Shown one piece after another: positions 1 through 10,174 of a stretch of 64,000 bases of DNA (positions are counted from its first letter, which is position 1; every line of letters starts with the position of its first letter). The stretch spans positions 2,888 to 66,887 of the forward strand of contig JBDREC010000030.1 in assembly GCA_043820105.1 (NCBI GenBank), written 5' to 3'. The DNA is from Pseudomonadota bacterium. Lineage in GTDB: Bacteria > Bdellovibrionota_F > JAHFAK01 > JBDREC01. The position numbers and the translations under genes were made by a program. The notes under the pieces are model-generated. The model worked only from the letters and a program-made list of their open reading frames with translations, searched no databases and was not told where the DNA came from.

Positions 1-1370
1 TGATCAAATCCAAGGAAGTGACCGAATTCATGACCAATGCTTGAATCAAAATCATCATTTAAAATATTTATTATTCCACATTGATTATTCTGCCTATAAT
101 AAAATGACCAGGAGTCTGACAAGGTTAATCCAAGCTTATTTTCTCCACTTGGTTTCTGTTGTATTATTGTTGGAATAATTTTAATATCTATGAAAGGATA
201 CTTATTCCATTCTTCAATCATCTTTTCTATCATATAATTTAATAATTCCTGATTATCAATGTCAGTTTCAATATCAATTTCAAGTTTAATATTTCCTGAA
301 TCGCTTTTGTGTATTTTTGCACAATTATATGGAATGAAAGAAGGCTTACTTGTTGCACTAAAAATAATCTTAAATAAATCAAGGCCAATTTCGTCTATGA
401 TCATTAATCTTTCACCCACAGAACCAAAGACATTATTATCCAAATAGGTAAAATAATTTTTCATTTTTGAATCAAGTATAGATGCTGGACCTTGAAGGAA
501 AGCAGGAAAATAAGAAAAATTAGTTTCGGAATGATTATAGTTATAAGCAAACCTTGAAAAAATACCAATACCATTTCTTTTAAGCGATTCAAGATTAAAT
601 CTATTAAAACCACTAATGTAGCCAATTAAAGTAATGATGCTTGACTTATATGGTTCTTGGTTCTTGATAATTTTTAAATTTCTTTGAACAAAGTCTGCAT
701 CTAAAGTTTCATCATTATTTAAAATGGTGACTATATGATCTATATAGCGTTCATATAATCTTATAAGAAACCGTCTTAGCGATTCTTCCTCCGAAAAAAA
801 TTCCTTTGTATATGATCCATAATTAATATATGTCTTTAGGTCATTATATGAAAGATATGCAGGATTTTGATAAATTTGTGACCTGACAAAAGACTGATAT
901 TCTTCGGACCATATTTCATTTGGACTTTCTTTTAAAAGTTCTTCGAAAAATACATTTAAATTTTCCAATTTATCAAGACCATTTTTAAGGCCTACTCCAT
1001 AAATTATTCGATGAAATTTAGATTCATTTGTTTTAGTTTCTATATATGTATTATCGACTTTGGATTTTTCTTTAATTCGATTTTTTCTGCATTCCAAATC
1101 AGTGAAATTATAAAATATAGAATCATCAAAACAAGTATAACAAGCAGGGCAATGTTCTTTTCTGGGTAGCAATCTGCCATTTAACCTATCATCTGCCAGT
1201 AAAATATTTAAAGTATTATTAATCTTTTTTAAAATTGGTTCATATGGTGTTAAAAATTGGCTTTCAGGTATTTTTTTGACATTGTACCCATCCCAAAACT
1301 TCAGATTATTATCTTGGGCAGCAATCATGGTTGAAATTAATATTATAAAAAGTACAAAGTTCAGTTTCAT
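1..1370 (-). CDS. Secreted zinc metallopeptidase, metzincin-like (C-terminus runs off the window)
   Basis: ATG at 1370-1368 on the minus strand opens a frame that runs without a stop to position 1. N-terminal signal peptide (MKLNFVLFIILISTMIAA). The last residues in the window read HEFGHFLGFD followed by the partial codon CA, which is His or Gln and fits HExxHxxGxxH. Missing from the ORF track only because no stop lies inside the window. Confidence 0.6.
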   Translation of the reverse strand, partial: MKLNFVLFIILISTMIAAQDNNLKFWDGYNVKKIPESQFLTPYEPILKKINNTLNILLADDRLNGRLLPRKEHCPACYTCFDDSIFYNFTDLECRKNRIKEKSKVDNTYIETKTNESKFHRIIYGVGLKNGLDKLENLNVFFEELLKESPNEIWSEEYQSFVRSQIYQNPAYLSYNDLKTYINYGSYTKEFFSEEESLRRFLIRLYERYIDHIVTILNNDETLDADFVQRNLKIIKNQEPYKSSIITLIGYISGFNRFNLESLKRNGIGIFSRFAYNYNHSETNFSYFPAFLQGPASILDSKMKNYFTYLDNNVFGSVGERLMIIDEIGLDLFKIIFSATSKPSFIPYNCAKIHKSDSGNIKLEIDIETDIDNQELLNYMIEKMIEEWNKYPFIDIKIIPTIIQQKPSGENKLGLTLSDSWSFYYRQNNQCGIINILNDDFDSSIGHEFGHFLGFD

Positions 1371-1560
1371 TTTTATTCCAATCATTAATATTTTTAATTG
1401 GTTCTGCAGATTCCATGCTCAGCTAGTTTTTTGAAATTTATTCGTAATATCAATTACTTGAAGTATGAAAATAATATTTTTATGTTAAAGAGTTAGTTGT
1501 TGCAAATAAATTTACGAAGTTAATATAAATTTGGGGTAAACATTGTCCCAATAGTCCTGT

Positions 1561-2091
1561 TCATAATGATAATTTGAAATTTTTAAAAAAGACTTGTGCG
1601 ATTATTCCTGCAATAGGTGGCAAAAAGAAGGTGCATGCTAATCTTATTGCAGTAAATTTCCAACCAACAATTCCGATTTCCAGGGGAAGCCTGTTAAGTG
1701 AAATCAAAGACCATCCAGTAATAAAAGCAACAGCTGTTCCAACACTTGCTCCTGATTTAAATAAGATTGCTACAATTGGAAAACAAACAAAAGGCCCACC
1801 TGGAGTTAGGCTGCCAGCAAGCGTACCAATCAATATTCCTCTGAAGCCTGATTCAGTTCCCACCCATTTTGAAATAAAAGCTTGTGAAATCAATTCCTGC
1901 ATAAGTGAAGCTGTCATAAAAGCAAAAATTAGAAGCGGCAAAATTTTAAGAATCATCCAAAAGGTCCAGTTTACGCTTTCACTTGGGAAGGCTGTATTAT
2001 TTTTATAATAAATTATCGTTAATGTAATCGCAATAATTCCTATAATTATTGTTGGAATTAACATATTAGTTTTTCCTTTATTATTTAACAA
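1561..2091 (-). CDS. Integral membrane protein, predicted permease-like
   Basis: 176-aa ORF with several hydrophobic helices and a Gly/Pro-rich GGPFVCFPI segment. The overlapping plus-strand ORF 1574..2008 is treated as its shadow. Confidence 0.5.
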   Translation of the reverse strand: MLNNKGKTNMLIPTIIIGIIAITLTIIYYKNNTAFPSESVNWTFWMILKILPLLIFAFMTASLMQELISQAFISKWVGTESGFRGILIGTLAGSLTPGGPFVCFPIVAILFKSGASVGTAVAFITGWSLISLNRLPLEIGIVGWKFTAIRLACTFFLPPIAGIIAQVFFKNFKLSL

Positions 2092-2216
2092 AGTTTCTCC
2101 GTATTGATTTTGTAAAATTATATGGAATTAAAATATGTGAAGCAAGTTTAATGTATTATCGATGGAGGATGTGTGAAGTGGGATGCGTTTTATTCCACTT
2201 ATTATGATATGTTCAA

Positions 2217-4562
2217 TTATTGAGAATTATTATAAACTTTAAATTTAACTCCATCATCTGAGGTATGAGTAATTGCAAATTTGCCATCATTTAGCATACA
2301 AGTATCTATTCCTCCATTGCCATCTATTCTTTCAACTATGAACTTATCATCACTGTATATTTTCCCATCAGCAGTTGCTAGCAATGCATAGCTCGTATCG
2401 TCGCCATCTGTTAATACTCCCCAGCCAATGACTACTCTTCCATAAGGGTCTCCCGTTGCGCTAATTGGCCCTGAACGATGAACCCATGCGCCACCAATTT
2501 CAATATCTTCTCCATCTATTGTTTGTATTAAATTTCCTCCTGAAGATCTTTTTTCACCTTCAGATGTAAATAAAAGTATTCTAATCTTTCCACCAGATGG
2601 ATACGTATAGGCTGCAATATCTTTGCCGAGATCTCCATATACAGTAAAAAGGCGACTAAATGACTCATAATAATATCCATCTTCACCATTTACGTTGTCT
2701 GCAACTGTAGTTCTGTAATTTGTCAAAGAGCTGTTTTCATAATCCGCTAAAATAAAGGCTCTACCACTAGCAATAGTTCCATTCCTTATAACAAGAAGAT
2801 TGCTATTTGTTAATACAAGCTGTAAATATCCATCAACAGTATGGTTTATAGCAGCTGAATCCAAAATATAATCATTTGATATTTCACCAGTATTGGTATC
2901 AATATAAACAAGTCGAATATAACCATCATCTGAAATAAAGCCAGCAATTCCCTTTCCGTACTTATTTATTGAAATATCAGCAGAGCCAAAAGAACTAACT
3001 CCTTCGTAATCATCCCTGTTAAAAGTTTTTCGACTTACAAGTTGAAAAGATGAATCTATAATTCTAATTATAACAATGCACCCATCGCTAATACTTATTG
3101 TGGCAAAATTTGTTCCATCTGAGTCAATTTCTCCAATTCCTTCTAAACTCCATGTGGCATCATAGTCAGAATCGCGATAAGTATTACGAGAAACCTGAAC
3201 TGCACTACTTGAAAAGGCTCCCCAACGAGTTTCAGTTGTCCAATAAGTTCCAACATTAGAAGTGTATGCAAAAAAAGCCTTGTTATAGTTAGTTCCATAA
3301 GTGACTAAATTAGGTAATCCTATATCATACGAGGTCATATCATCAATGGTTGATTCAAAAACAAAATCATCAGGAGTTGTTGATATCTGATTTTCTTCAA
3401 TTACATAAATAATTGGCGTATGACTTGTAGAAATTCCTGTTGTATTATCTTTCACAATAAGACTGATTGGGTAAATACCTTCAACTGCAGCACTTGAATC
3501 CAGGTCAATTGTAACTACACTTGAATCAGTTGAATCATCTGTGGCGCTGATATCAAAAAAGACCGGTGCATTTGTAACATAAACTGAAATCGGGTTTCCA
3601 GAAGGCGAATAACCTGTCAGTGAAATTTCATTATCATCTCTTCCTATGATAAAGGTAACTCTTTCAATATTCCTGGAAGCTGTCGTTAAATCAGGTGCTT
3701 CCAATAAATCATCCTGTGCAAGGAAAGAAGTGTCAGAAGGAGTAATCAGTTTTGTGCCGTCCATGACTGGGGTTCCAAAGTCAAAGGAGGTACCGTTAAA
3801 GGCAAACAATGAATTGGAATTTGCATCAAAAAAGTCAGCAACATGATAAAGAACAAGATCTGATTCATCATTTTCGTATTTAACATAAAGAGATAATTGA
3901 AAGACCCCATCCGGAATTGTCTCAAATCCAAAACTAAAACTATAGTCATCTTCAGTAAATTCAGCATCAACATGGAGATTTCCTGAATCATCGATATTTA
4001 TTAAAACGAGGATAAAACCATATGCTGAAGCTGTACTTTTTTTAAGACTGCTTTTCATAATTGAACTTGCAACATCATCTGAAGTTATATCATTTCTGGT
4101 AATCAAATCATTTCTGCTTATTATATCCAGTTGTGAAATATCAGATCTTTGAATTATATCTGCCGAAGGAATTATGCCATCTAAAGTTAAAAGGTAATTA
4201 TCTTCTTCATTGCTTCCTGGAACAGGTATAGCCACGGGCGAGGTAATTTCTTCGATTTCTGCCTGAACAGCAGCTTCTATATCTTCAGTTGTTGCTATAT
4301 TTTCATCAATTGTTAGATTATCATCTTCCTCTGTTACAGTTGTATCCTGGATTGTCCCTTGCCCTGGAGTCCTATCAGGCGACCCGGTTTCTAAGCAACT
4401 CGAAAATGGTAGTATTATTAATGAAGTAACTATTCCTAATAATATCAACACATTAAAGATGCTTCCTGTTGGGGTTTTTATTTTATAGCTACTAGTATAG
4501 AAAGTATTATTATCTGGGGTAATTATCTTTTGATTTGATGATTTATTTTGTGCACCTGGCAT
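2217..4562 (-). CDS. Large acidic surface protein or lipoprotein, hypothetical
   Basis: 781-aa ORF with an N-terminal hydrophobic segment ending in a lipobox-like FSSC. A D/E/T/S-rich low-complexity linker follows, then Y/G/T-rich beta-type repeats. Confidence 0.55.
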   Translation of the reverse strand: MPGAQNKSSNQKIITPDNNTFYTSSYKIKTPTGSIFNVLILLGIVTSLIILPFSSCLETGSPDRTPGQGTIQDTTVTEEDDNLTIDENIATTEDIEAAVQAEIEEITSPVAIPVPGSNEEDNYLLTLDGIIPSADIIQRSDISQLDIISRNDLITRNDITSDDVASSIMKSSLKKSTASAYGFILVLINIDDSGNLHVDAEFTEDDYSFSFGFETIPDGVFQLSLYVKYENDESDLVLYHVADFFDANSNSLFAFNGTSFDFGTPVMDGTKLITPSDTSFLAQDDLLEAPDLTTASRNIERVTFIIGRDDNEISLTGYSPSGNPISVYVTNAPVFFDISATDDSTDSSVVTIDLDSSAAVEGIYPISLIVKDNTTGISTSHTPIIYVIEENQISTTPDDFVFESTIDDMTSYDIGLPNLVTYGTNYNKAFFAYTSNVGTYWTTETRWGAFSSSAVQVSRNTYRDSDYDATWSLEGIGEIDSDGTNFATISISDGCIVIIRIIDSSFQLVSRKTFNRDDYEGVSSFGSADISINKYGKGIAGFISDDGYIRLVYIDTNTGEISNDYILDSAAINHTVDGYLQLVLTNSNLLVIRNGTIASGRAFILADYENSSLTNYRTTVADNVNGEDGYYYESFSRLFTVYGDLGKDIAAYTYPSGGKIRILLFTSEGEKRSSGGNLIQTIDGEDIEIGGAWVHRSGPISATGDPYGRVVIGWGVLTDGDDTSYALLATADGKIYSDDKFIVERIDGNGGIDTCMLNDGKFAITHTSDDGVKFKVYNNSQ

Positions 4563-4830
4563 GAAATCCCCCCACCTTTTTTGTTCGATGCTTTATTATA
4601 TCATATTAATGATCTAAATTAAAGTGAGATTAATCACAAAACTGCATTTTATTTTTTCCACGCATTTTGTCTTGAAGAAAAATGCCTTTTCAAGTTTAAA
4701 ACAAGGAGGGAAGGGTATGAAGTTATTAACAAAATGGACTTGAATTTATGCTTGAACATTCCTGGATTGAAGCAGTTAGGGCAGCTACAAAATAATACGT
4801 TCTTAAAAAAATACTTGTTACCTAAGCACC

Positions 4831-6027
4831 TCAGCTTTTAATATTATCAGCAAGTTCCATCCCAAAATTAAAACACGTGCTAAGAGCTTCCTGATCCGGA
4901 TTCCATTTGGATTTTATGCCTTCATTTACAACTTCAAACCCGGCTTCTTTTAAATAATTATTAATAAGTTTAACAGATTCGCCACTCCAGCCATAGGCTC
5001 CAAAAGCTGCGGCTTTTTTGTTTTTAAATTTCAGACCCTTTATTTCTTCAAGTAAGGCTGCTGTAGAGGTTAATATACCGTTGTTTATTGTTGGGGAACC
5101 GATTAAAATCGCCTTTGACTTGAAAATCTCAGTAATAATATCGTTTTTGTCTCCTTTGGAGGAATTAAAGAGCTTAACATTTACCTGTGCGTCTTTAGCT
5201 GCAATTCCCCTGGCGATGTTTTCAGCCATAATTCTGGTGCCATCCCACATTGTATCATAGATTATGGAGATTTGATTTTCCTTATATTCATTTGACCATT
5301 CGATATATTTTTTAACAATTTGTGCTGGATCATTTCTCCAGATTACTCCATGGCTTGTGCAGATAATATCAAGCGGCAAATCCAGAGCTAAAAACTGATC
5401 TATTTTCTTTTTCACAAGTGCACTAAATGGAGTTAAAATGTTTGCATAATATTTAATAGCCTCACTATAAAGTTCATGCTGATTCACCAGATCATTAAAC
5501 AGATATTCAGAGGCATAATGCTGTCCAAAGGCGTCATTACTGAATAAAATATTATCCCCTGTCATATAGCAAAACATGCTGTCCGGCCAGTGCAGCATTG
5601 GAGCCTCAATAAAGACTAAGTCTTTGCCATTGCCAAGGGCCAGTTTATCTCCAGTTTTGACCTGGATAAAATTCCAGTCCTCATGGTAATGCCCCTTCAG
5701 GGACTGAATGCCGTTTCCAGTGCAATATATAGGGGTTTTAGGAATATATTTCATAAGTTCAGGCAGGGCACCACTGTGATCAATCTCTGCATGATTAGCC
5801 ACAATAAAATCAATTTTCGTTACATCGATTTCTTTTTTCAAATTTGCCACATATTCTTTTGAAAATGGAGCCCACACTGTATCAACAAGGCCAATTTTTT
5901 CTTCCCTAATCAGGTAGCTGTTGTAGGTTGAACCCTTATGAGTAGAGTATTCATCACCATGAAACTTTTTAAGTTCCCAGTCAATTTTACCAATCCATGA
6001 TACATTGTTTTTTATTGCTATAGACAT
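4831..6027 (-). CDS. Flavodiiron protein (class A; metallo-beta-lactamase-like diiron domain plus flavodoxin domain)
   Basis: 398 aa with the diiron ligand motif H-x-E-x-D-H (NHAEIDHSG). The C-terminal flavodoxin-like region reads ILIGSPTINNG...AAAFGAYGWSG. Confidence 0.8.
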   Translation of the reverse strand: MSIAIKNNVSWIGKIDWELKKFHGDEYSTHKGSTYNSYLIREEKIGLVDTVWAPFSKEYVANLKKEIDVTKIDFIVANHAEIDHSGALPELMKYIPKTPIYCTGNGIQSLKGHYHEDWNFIQVKTGDKLALGNGKDLVFIEAPMLHWPDSMFCYMTGDNILFSNDAFGQHYASEYLFNDLVNQHELYSEAIKYYANILTPFSALVKKKIDQFLALDLPLDIICTSHGVIWRNDPAQIVKKYIEWSNEYKENQISIIYDTMWDGTRIMAENIARGIAAKDAQVNVKLFNSSKGDKNDIITEIFKSKAILIGSPTINNGILTSTAALLEEIKGLKFKNKKAAAFGAYGWSGESVKLINNYLKEAGFEVVNEGIKSKWNPDQEALSTCFNFGMELADNIKS

Positions 6028-6370
6028 TTAAGCCTCCTTTGTTTTTTAGTTCAATAGTTTAATTACTAAAAGTTACAACGAATGTCACTCCTTTAATTCT
6101 TTGTTTTGTATTAGAATTCTAAATTTCATAAAACAGATAATAGTGATTTTCTACTAAACTTACCTTGATTAATATCAATAAAATTTAAATAATTTAATAA
6201 ATTAAATAGAGATCTAACGTTTCTGGAATTCCCCAATTTGAGAAATTTTTTCACTAAAACGGTTATCACAAATATATTAACCTGATATTATTAACTTATT
6301 TTGCCTTGAAAACTGGCATAATAAATGCATTATATTCGAGCCATGTTTATAATTTGGGAGAAAATTTATC

Positions 6371-7099
6371 ATGAAAAATGAATTATTATTTATTTCAATA
6401 CTTGCTTTATCAATTATCTTTGTTTTTGGCTATGCCTTAAGCTCAGATGATGATAAATATGAGTATTCTGAAAGTATGAGTATTGATGCTAAAAACTTGG
6501 ATAAGATTGAAACCTTTTCCATTGATGGATCTTCTGGTGAATTTAATATTAAAACCTGGGATAAGAAATATATTGAGATAAAGCTTGTAAAAAAATCAGA
6601 AACAGAAGAGGGCTTAAAGAAAATTAAAATTTCAAGTGAAGCCAAGAAAGACAAATTTAAGTTAAAAATTGATATTGATACTAGTTTAAAAAAATCCTTA
6701 AATCAGCATGTAGAAATAAATGCAATGGTTCCTAAAAATATTAAACTTGAAATTAATGCAACTGCAGGAAGTATTAAAATTGAAGATTTTGAAGCAAATT
6801 TTAATATTGATTTAAATGCAGGGAGCGTAAAGTTTAAAAACCTTAAGCTTGCTAAAGAGGGAACTGATGTAATTGATCTTGATGCAGGAGAGGTTAAAAT
6901 TGATTTTAACAAAGATCTTCCTCCTTTTAAATTGGACGCCAAGGCTACTGTCGGAGGCATAAAAACAGGCCCAGGTTTTGCAGTAGAAGAAACAAGAGCA
7001 CATTTAATAGGTGGTCAATTAAAATTTTCTTATAATGATGGTACTAAAAAATTGAAAATAAATGTTGGGGCTGGGGGGATTAAGCTCGATAAAGCATGA
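6371..7099 (+). CDS. Secreted beta-repeat protein (DUF4097-like putative adhesin)
   Basis: Signal peptide followed by repeated I-K-I/V-x-x-x-x-G-x-I/V-K strands. An RBS GGGAG lies 9 nt upstream of the ATG. Confidence 0.55.
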   Translation: MKNELLFISILALSIIFVFGYALSSDDDKYEYSESMSIDAKNLDKIETFSIDGSSGEFNIKTWDKKYIEIKLVKKSETEEGLKKIKISSEAKKDKFKLKIDIDTSLKKSLNQHVEINAMVPKNIKLEINATAGSIKIEDFEANFNIDLNAGSVKFKNLKLAKEGTDVIDLDAGEVKIDFNKDLPPFKLDAKATVGGIKTGPGFAVEETRAHLIGGQLKFSYNDGTKKLKINVGAGGIKLDKA

Positions 7100-7275
7100 A
7101 ACGGAAATTGTGAAATGTGCGGCAAATATGTGTTTGAAAAATTGTATCGCACTTTTTTAAAACTATTCCAAATTCTAGAATTTGTTTCTTAATTTTAAAA
7201 AATCCATAAATAATATTATCAAACCCATTGATTTTATTCAATTCACGGTTCTGGCATTTGAATTGCATAGAATTA

Positions 7276-7330
7276 ATTCAAAATTCAAGATTCAAAATTC
7301 AAAATTAAGGATAAAAGTTGAAAGAGAAGA
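7276..7330. repeat. Left copy of ~45-bp direct repeat: (TTCAAAA/TTCAAGA)x4 followed by TTAAGGATAAAAGTTGAAAG
   Basis: Near-identical copy at 7672..7720. Contains the TTG start of the four-helix-bundle ORF. Confidence 0.8.
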
Positions 7331-7713
7331 ATTTAATTTTAGAGAAAACTTTTGGGTTTTCTATTATGATATATAAATTATACAAGGAATTAGTAATAAA
7401 GGAAAAAGAATATATTATTGCCAAGCAGGTTTTAAAAAGTGGTACATCAATAGGAGCGAATGTGAATGAGGCGCAGGCTGCGATGAGCAAGAAGGATTTT
7501 ATAGCAAAGCTTGAAATTGCATCCAAAGAAGCGAGAGAAACTCAATATTGGATAGATCTTTTAATAGCAGTTCAAATTGTTAATAAAGAAAATAAAGTAA
7601 TAAAAATAATTCATAATGAAATTATTGCTATTAATAAAATATTATCAAAAATCATCATAACAACAAAGAATAAGATTCAAGATTCAAGATTCAAAATTAA
7701 GAATAAAAGTTGA
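7318..7713 (+). CDS. Four-helix-bundle protein (23S rRNA intervening-sequence protein family, TIGR02436-like)
   Basis: TTG start. The motif LKSGTSIGANVNEAQ...SKKDFIAKLEIASKEARETQYWIDLL is the family hallmark. The start lies in the left copy and the stop in the right copy of a flanking direct repeat. Confidence 0.75.
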   Translation: MKEKNLILEKTFGFSIMIYKLYKELVIKEKEYIIAKQVLKSGTSIGANVNEAQAAMSKKDFIAKLEIASKEARETQYWIDLLIAVQIVNKENKVIKIIHNEIIAINKILSKIIITTKNKIQDSRFKIKNKS

Positions 7714-7758
7714 AATAAAAATTAATCTTGAATTTTGAATCTTGAATTTTGAATTAAT
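7672..7758. repeat. Right direct repeat copy (7672-7720) plus adjacent inverted heptamer array (7725-7758)
   Basis: AAGATTCAAGATTCAAGATTCAAAATTAAGAATAAAAGTTGAAAT, then TCTTGAATTTTGAATCTTGAATTTTGAATT, which is the reverse complement of the heptamer part. Contains the TGA stop of the four-helix-bundle ORF. Confidence 0.8.
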
Positions 7759-7775
7759 TTCCGGAGGAAATTACC

Positions 7776-9305
7776 ATGCTAGCAACCATAAAAACAGCCT
7801 CTCTTTATGGAATTGATGCTAGGATGATTGATGTTGAAGTTGATATTAGCGCAGGTTTTCCGGGCTATACAATTGTTGGACTAGCCGAAGGAGCCGCAAA
7901 GGAAAGCAAGGAAAGAGTTAAAACAGCTGTTAGAAATTGCGGATTTTCATTTCCTAAAGGTAGAATTACAATTAATTTAGCTCCTGCCTGGCTTAAAAAA
8001 GCAGAGTCTGCTTATGATTTGCCTATTGCTCTGGGCTTATTAATAGCCTCTAAGCAAGTTTTATCATTTATGCATCATGATTACATTGTTCTGGGAGAAA
8101 TCGGTTTGTCAGGGGAGTGCAAGGCTGTTAAGGGATGTTTAGTAGCAGTCAACGCAGGTAAAAATAATAATATTAAGCATGCAATTGTGCCAAAGGCAAA
8201 TGAAAAAGAAGCCTCTATTGTTGATGGAATTAAAGTTTTTGGAGCTAAGGATTTATATGATGCGATTGCTGCTTTAAATGGAAAGATAAAGCCTGCAAAA
8301 AAAGAAATTAGATCAGGATTAACAGAAGTAGAAATGGAATATAGCAGTGATTTTTCTGAAGTTAAGGGACAAGTAAAATTGAAAAGGGCTGTTGAAATAG
8401 CTGTTTCAGGAAATCATAATATACTTATGATTGGAAGTGCTGGCTGTGGAAAAACAATGATAGCCAAGCGTATTCCCACAATAATGCCACAAATGAGTTT
8501 TGCGGAAAGTTTAGAAACTACAAAAATTTATTCAATTGCAGGATTATTAAAATCAAAGGAAAGTTTGCTTTATGAAAGACCTTTCAGGTCTCCTCATCAT
8601 ACTATTTCAGATGTCGGAATAATTGGAGGCGGGCAGGGAATTCCAAGGCCTGGGGAGGTTTGTTTGGCAAACAACGGTGTTTTATTTCTTGATGAAATGC
8701 CTGAGTTTAAAAGGTCAGCAATAGAAGTATTAAGACAGCCGCTTGAAGATAAAAAAGTTTTTATAAATCGAGCATTAAATACAGTAAGCTATCCTGCCAA
8801 TTTTCTTTTGGTAGCTGCTATGAATCCATGCCCCTGTGGAAACCTGGGGGATGCTAAAAAAACATGTACCTGTTCAGCTGCTCAAGTTGCTAGATATTTC
8901 TTTAAAATATCATCTCCATTATTAGATAGGATTGATCTACACCTGGAAGTGCCTAGCATTAAATTTAAAGATTTAACTTCAAAAAGTTCTGAAGAAACTA
9001 GTGAAGTTGTTAAAAAGCGTGTTTGCAAGATTAGAAAAATACAAGCCAAGCGTTTTGAAAAAGAAAAAATACTTACAAATTCTGAAATGTTGCCAAAACA
9101 TCTTAATACCTTTTGTTATCTTGATAAAAAATCAAAAAGCCTTTTAAAAATAGCTGTTGATGAAAAGGGTTTTTCAGCGAGAGCTTATTCAAGAGTTATA
9201 AAGGTAGCTAGAACCATAGCAGATATGGAAGAATCAGATCTGATTATGCAGGAACATGTTGAAGAAGCTATTAATTATCGTATTCTTGATAAAATGGTTT
9301 TTTAG
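7776..9305 (+). CDS. comM: YifB/ComM family Mg-chelatase-like AAA+ ATPase
   Basis: N-terminal Lon-like domain, Walker A GSAGCGKT, and a C-terminal zinc-ribbon-like CPCG...CTC. RBS GGAGG upstream. Confidence 0.85.
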   Translation: MLATIKTASLYGIDARMIDVEVDISAGFPGYTIVGLAEGAAKESKERVKTAVRNCGFSFPKGRITINLAPAWLKKAESAYDLPIALGLLIASKQVLSFMHHDYIVLGEIGLSGECKAVKGCLVAVNAGKNNNIKHAIVPKANEKEASIVDGIKVFGAKDLYDAIAALNGKIKPAKKEIRSGLTEVEMEYSSDFSEVKGQVKLKRAVEIAVSGNHNILMIGSAGCGKTMIAKRIPTIMPQMSFAESLETTKIYSIAGLLKSKESLLYERPFRSPHHTISDVGIIGGGQGIPRPGEVCLANNGVLFLDEMPEFKRSAIEVLRQPLEDKKVFINRALNTVSYPANFLLVAAMNPCPCGNLGDAKKTCTCSAAQVARYFFKISSPLLDRIDLHLEVPSIKFKDLTSKSSEETSEVVKKRVCKIRKIQAKRFEKEKILTNSEMLPKHLNTFCYLDKKSKSLLKIAVDEKGFSARAYSRVIKVARTIADMEESDLIMQEHVEEAINYRILDKMVF

Positions 9306-9312
9306 ACCTTAA

Positions 9313-10062
9313 CTACTCTACGCTATCAACCCCTACGACATTAATTAGTGATTTATCTTCTATTTTAGTTTCTTCACCAATAATTATATGATCATTATTT
9401 TTAAGTCCTTTTTTAATAACAATTAAATTGTTATATTTTCCTCCCAAGGAAAGATATCTTTTTTCAGCTGTTTTAGCATATTTATTAAAAACAAAGACAA
9501 ATGGAAGCTTGTTTTCATATCGAATATATTCCATTGGAACATAAATATCTCTAACTTCATTAAACCTAAAATAAACATTAATATATTTACCTATTTTAAG
9601 ATTCTTAGTTAGATTATTTGCTTTAAATACAGTTGTTATAATAGATTGTTCTTCTGGAAAATTCATATCAACCTTCTTGCTAACAAACTTACCTTCAATA
9701 AAATTGTAATCTAATTCATTTGCATCAGGAAGTTCTAAATAAGGTGTCATATTTTGCTTTAATAATTCAAGTTCAGTGTTGTGTATGGAAAAACTTACTT
9801 TATATTCTTTTACTGGCACATCTTTATAATCATGAAAACCAGAAATATTTTGAGGTGATATTGGAAGTGGTGCTTTATTTGCCTGTAAAAACCCAGCGAA
9901 AGTAAGTTTATTGTATAGATAGCGACTTTTTACTACTCTTGTAAAAGCTTTAACTTTGTCTTTGTCAGAGTTTTTCACTTCTTCCAAAATGACAGGAATC
10001 ACCGGAGAAGCACTTAAGGCTATAAAAACAAGAGCTGTCAATATTTTTAAAAGGCTCTTCAT
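9313..10062 (-). CDS. Secreted hypothetical protein
   Basis: Signal peptide MKSLLKILTALVFIALSASP. No recognisable domain. Confidence 0.5.
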   Translation of the reverse strand: MKSLLKILTALVFIALSASPVIPVILEEVKNSDKDKVKAFTRVVKSRYLYNKLTFAGFLQANKAPLPISPQNISGFHDYKDVPVKEYKVSFSIHNTELELLKQNMTPYLELPDANELDYNFIEGKFVSKKVDMNFPEEQSIITTVFKANNLTKNLKIGKYINVYFRFNEVRDIYVPMEYIRYENKLPFVFVFNKYAKTAEKRYLSLGGKYNNLIVIKKGLKNNDHIIIGEETKIEDKSLINVVGVDSVE

Positions 10063-10174
10063 ATACTTTTCATCTCTTATGTGGGTTGGTTTTCAATATA
10101 ACAATAGCTACTGATTTTGTAAAGCATATTTAGTCTTGTGTTTTTATTTGGGATAAAATAATTTGTAATGCAAT

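Noticed and set aside
1574-2008. Plus-strand 144-aa ORF overlapping the membrane-protein gene.
   Set aside because: It is fully contained within the minus-strand ORF that has clear TM helices, and its translation is low-complexity. Treated as a shadow ORF.
4570-4830. A 7-codon mini-ORF (MKLLTKW) behind a strong AAGGAGGG Shine-Dalgarno in the spacer after the surface-protein gene.
   Set aside because: Too short to assess and with no downstream gene on that strand. Noted but not called.
7080-7526. Three small ORFs (7080-7268, 7182-7376, 7305-7526) in the repeat-rich spacer.
   Set aside because: Their reading frames run through the TTCAAAA arrays and translate to repeat-derived K/F/I text. The four-helix-bundle gene explains the coding signal here.
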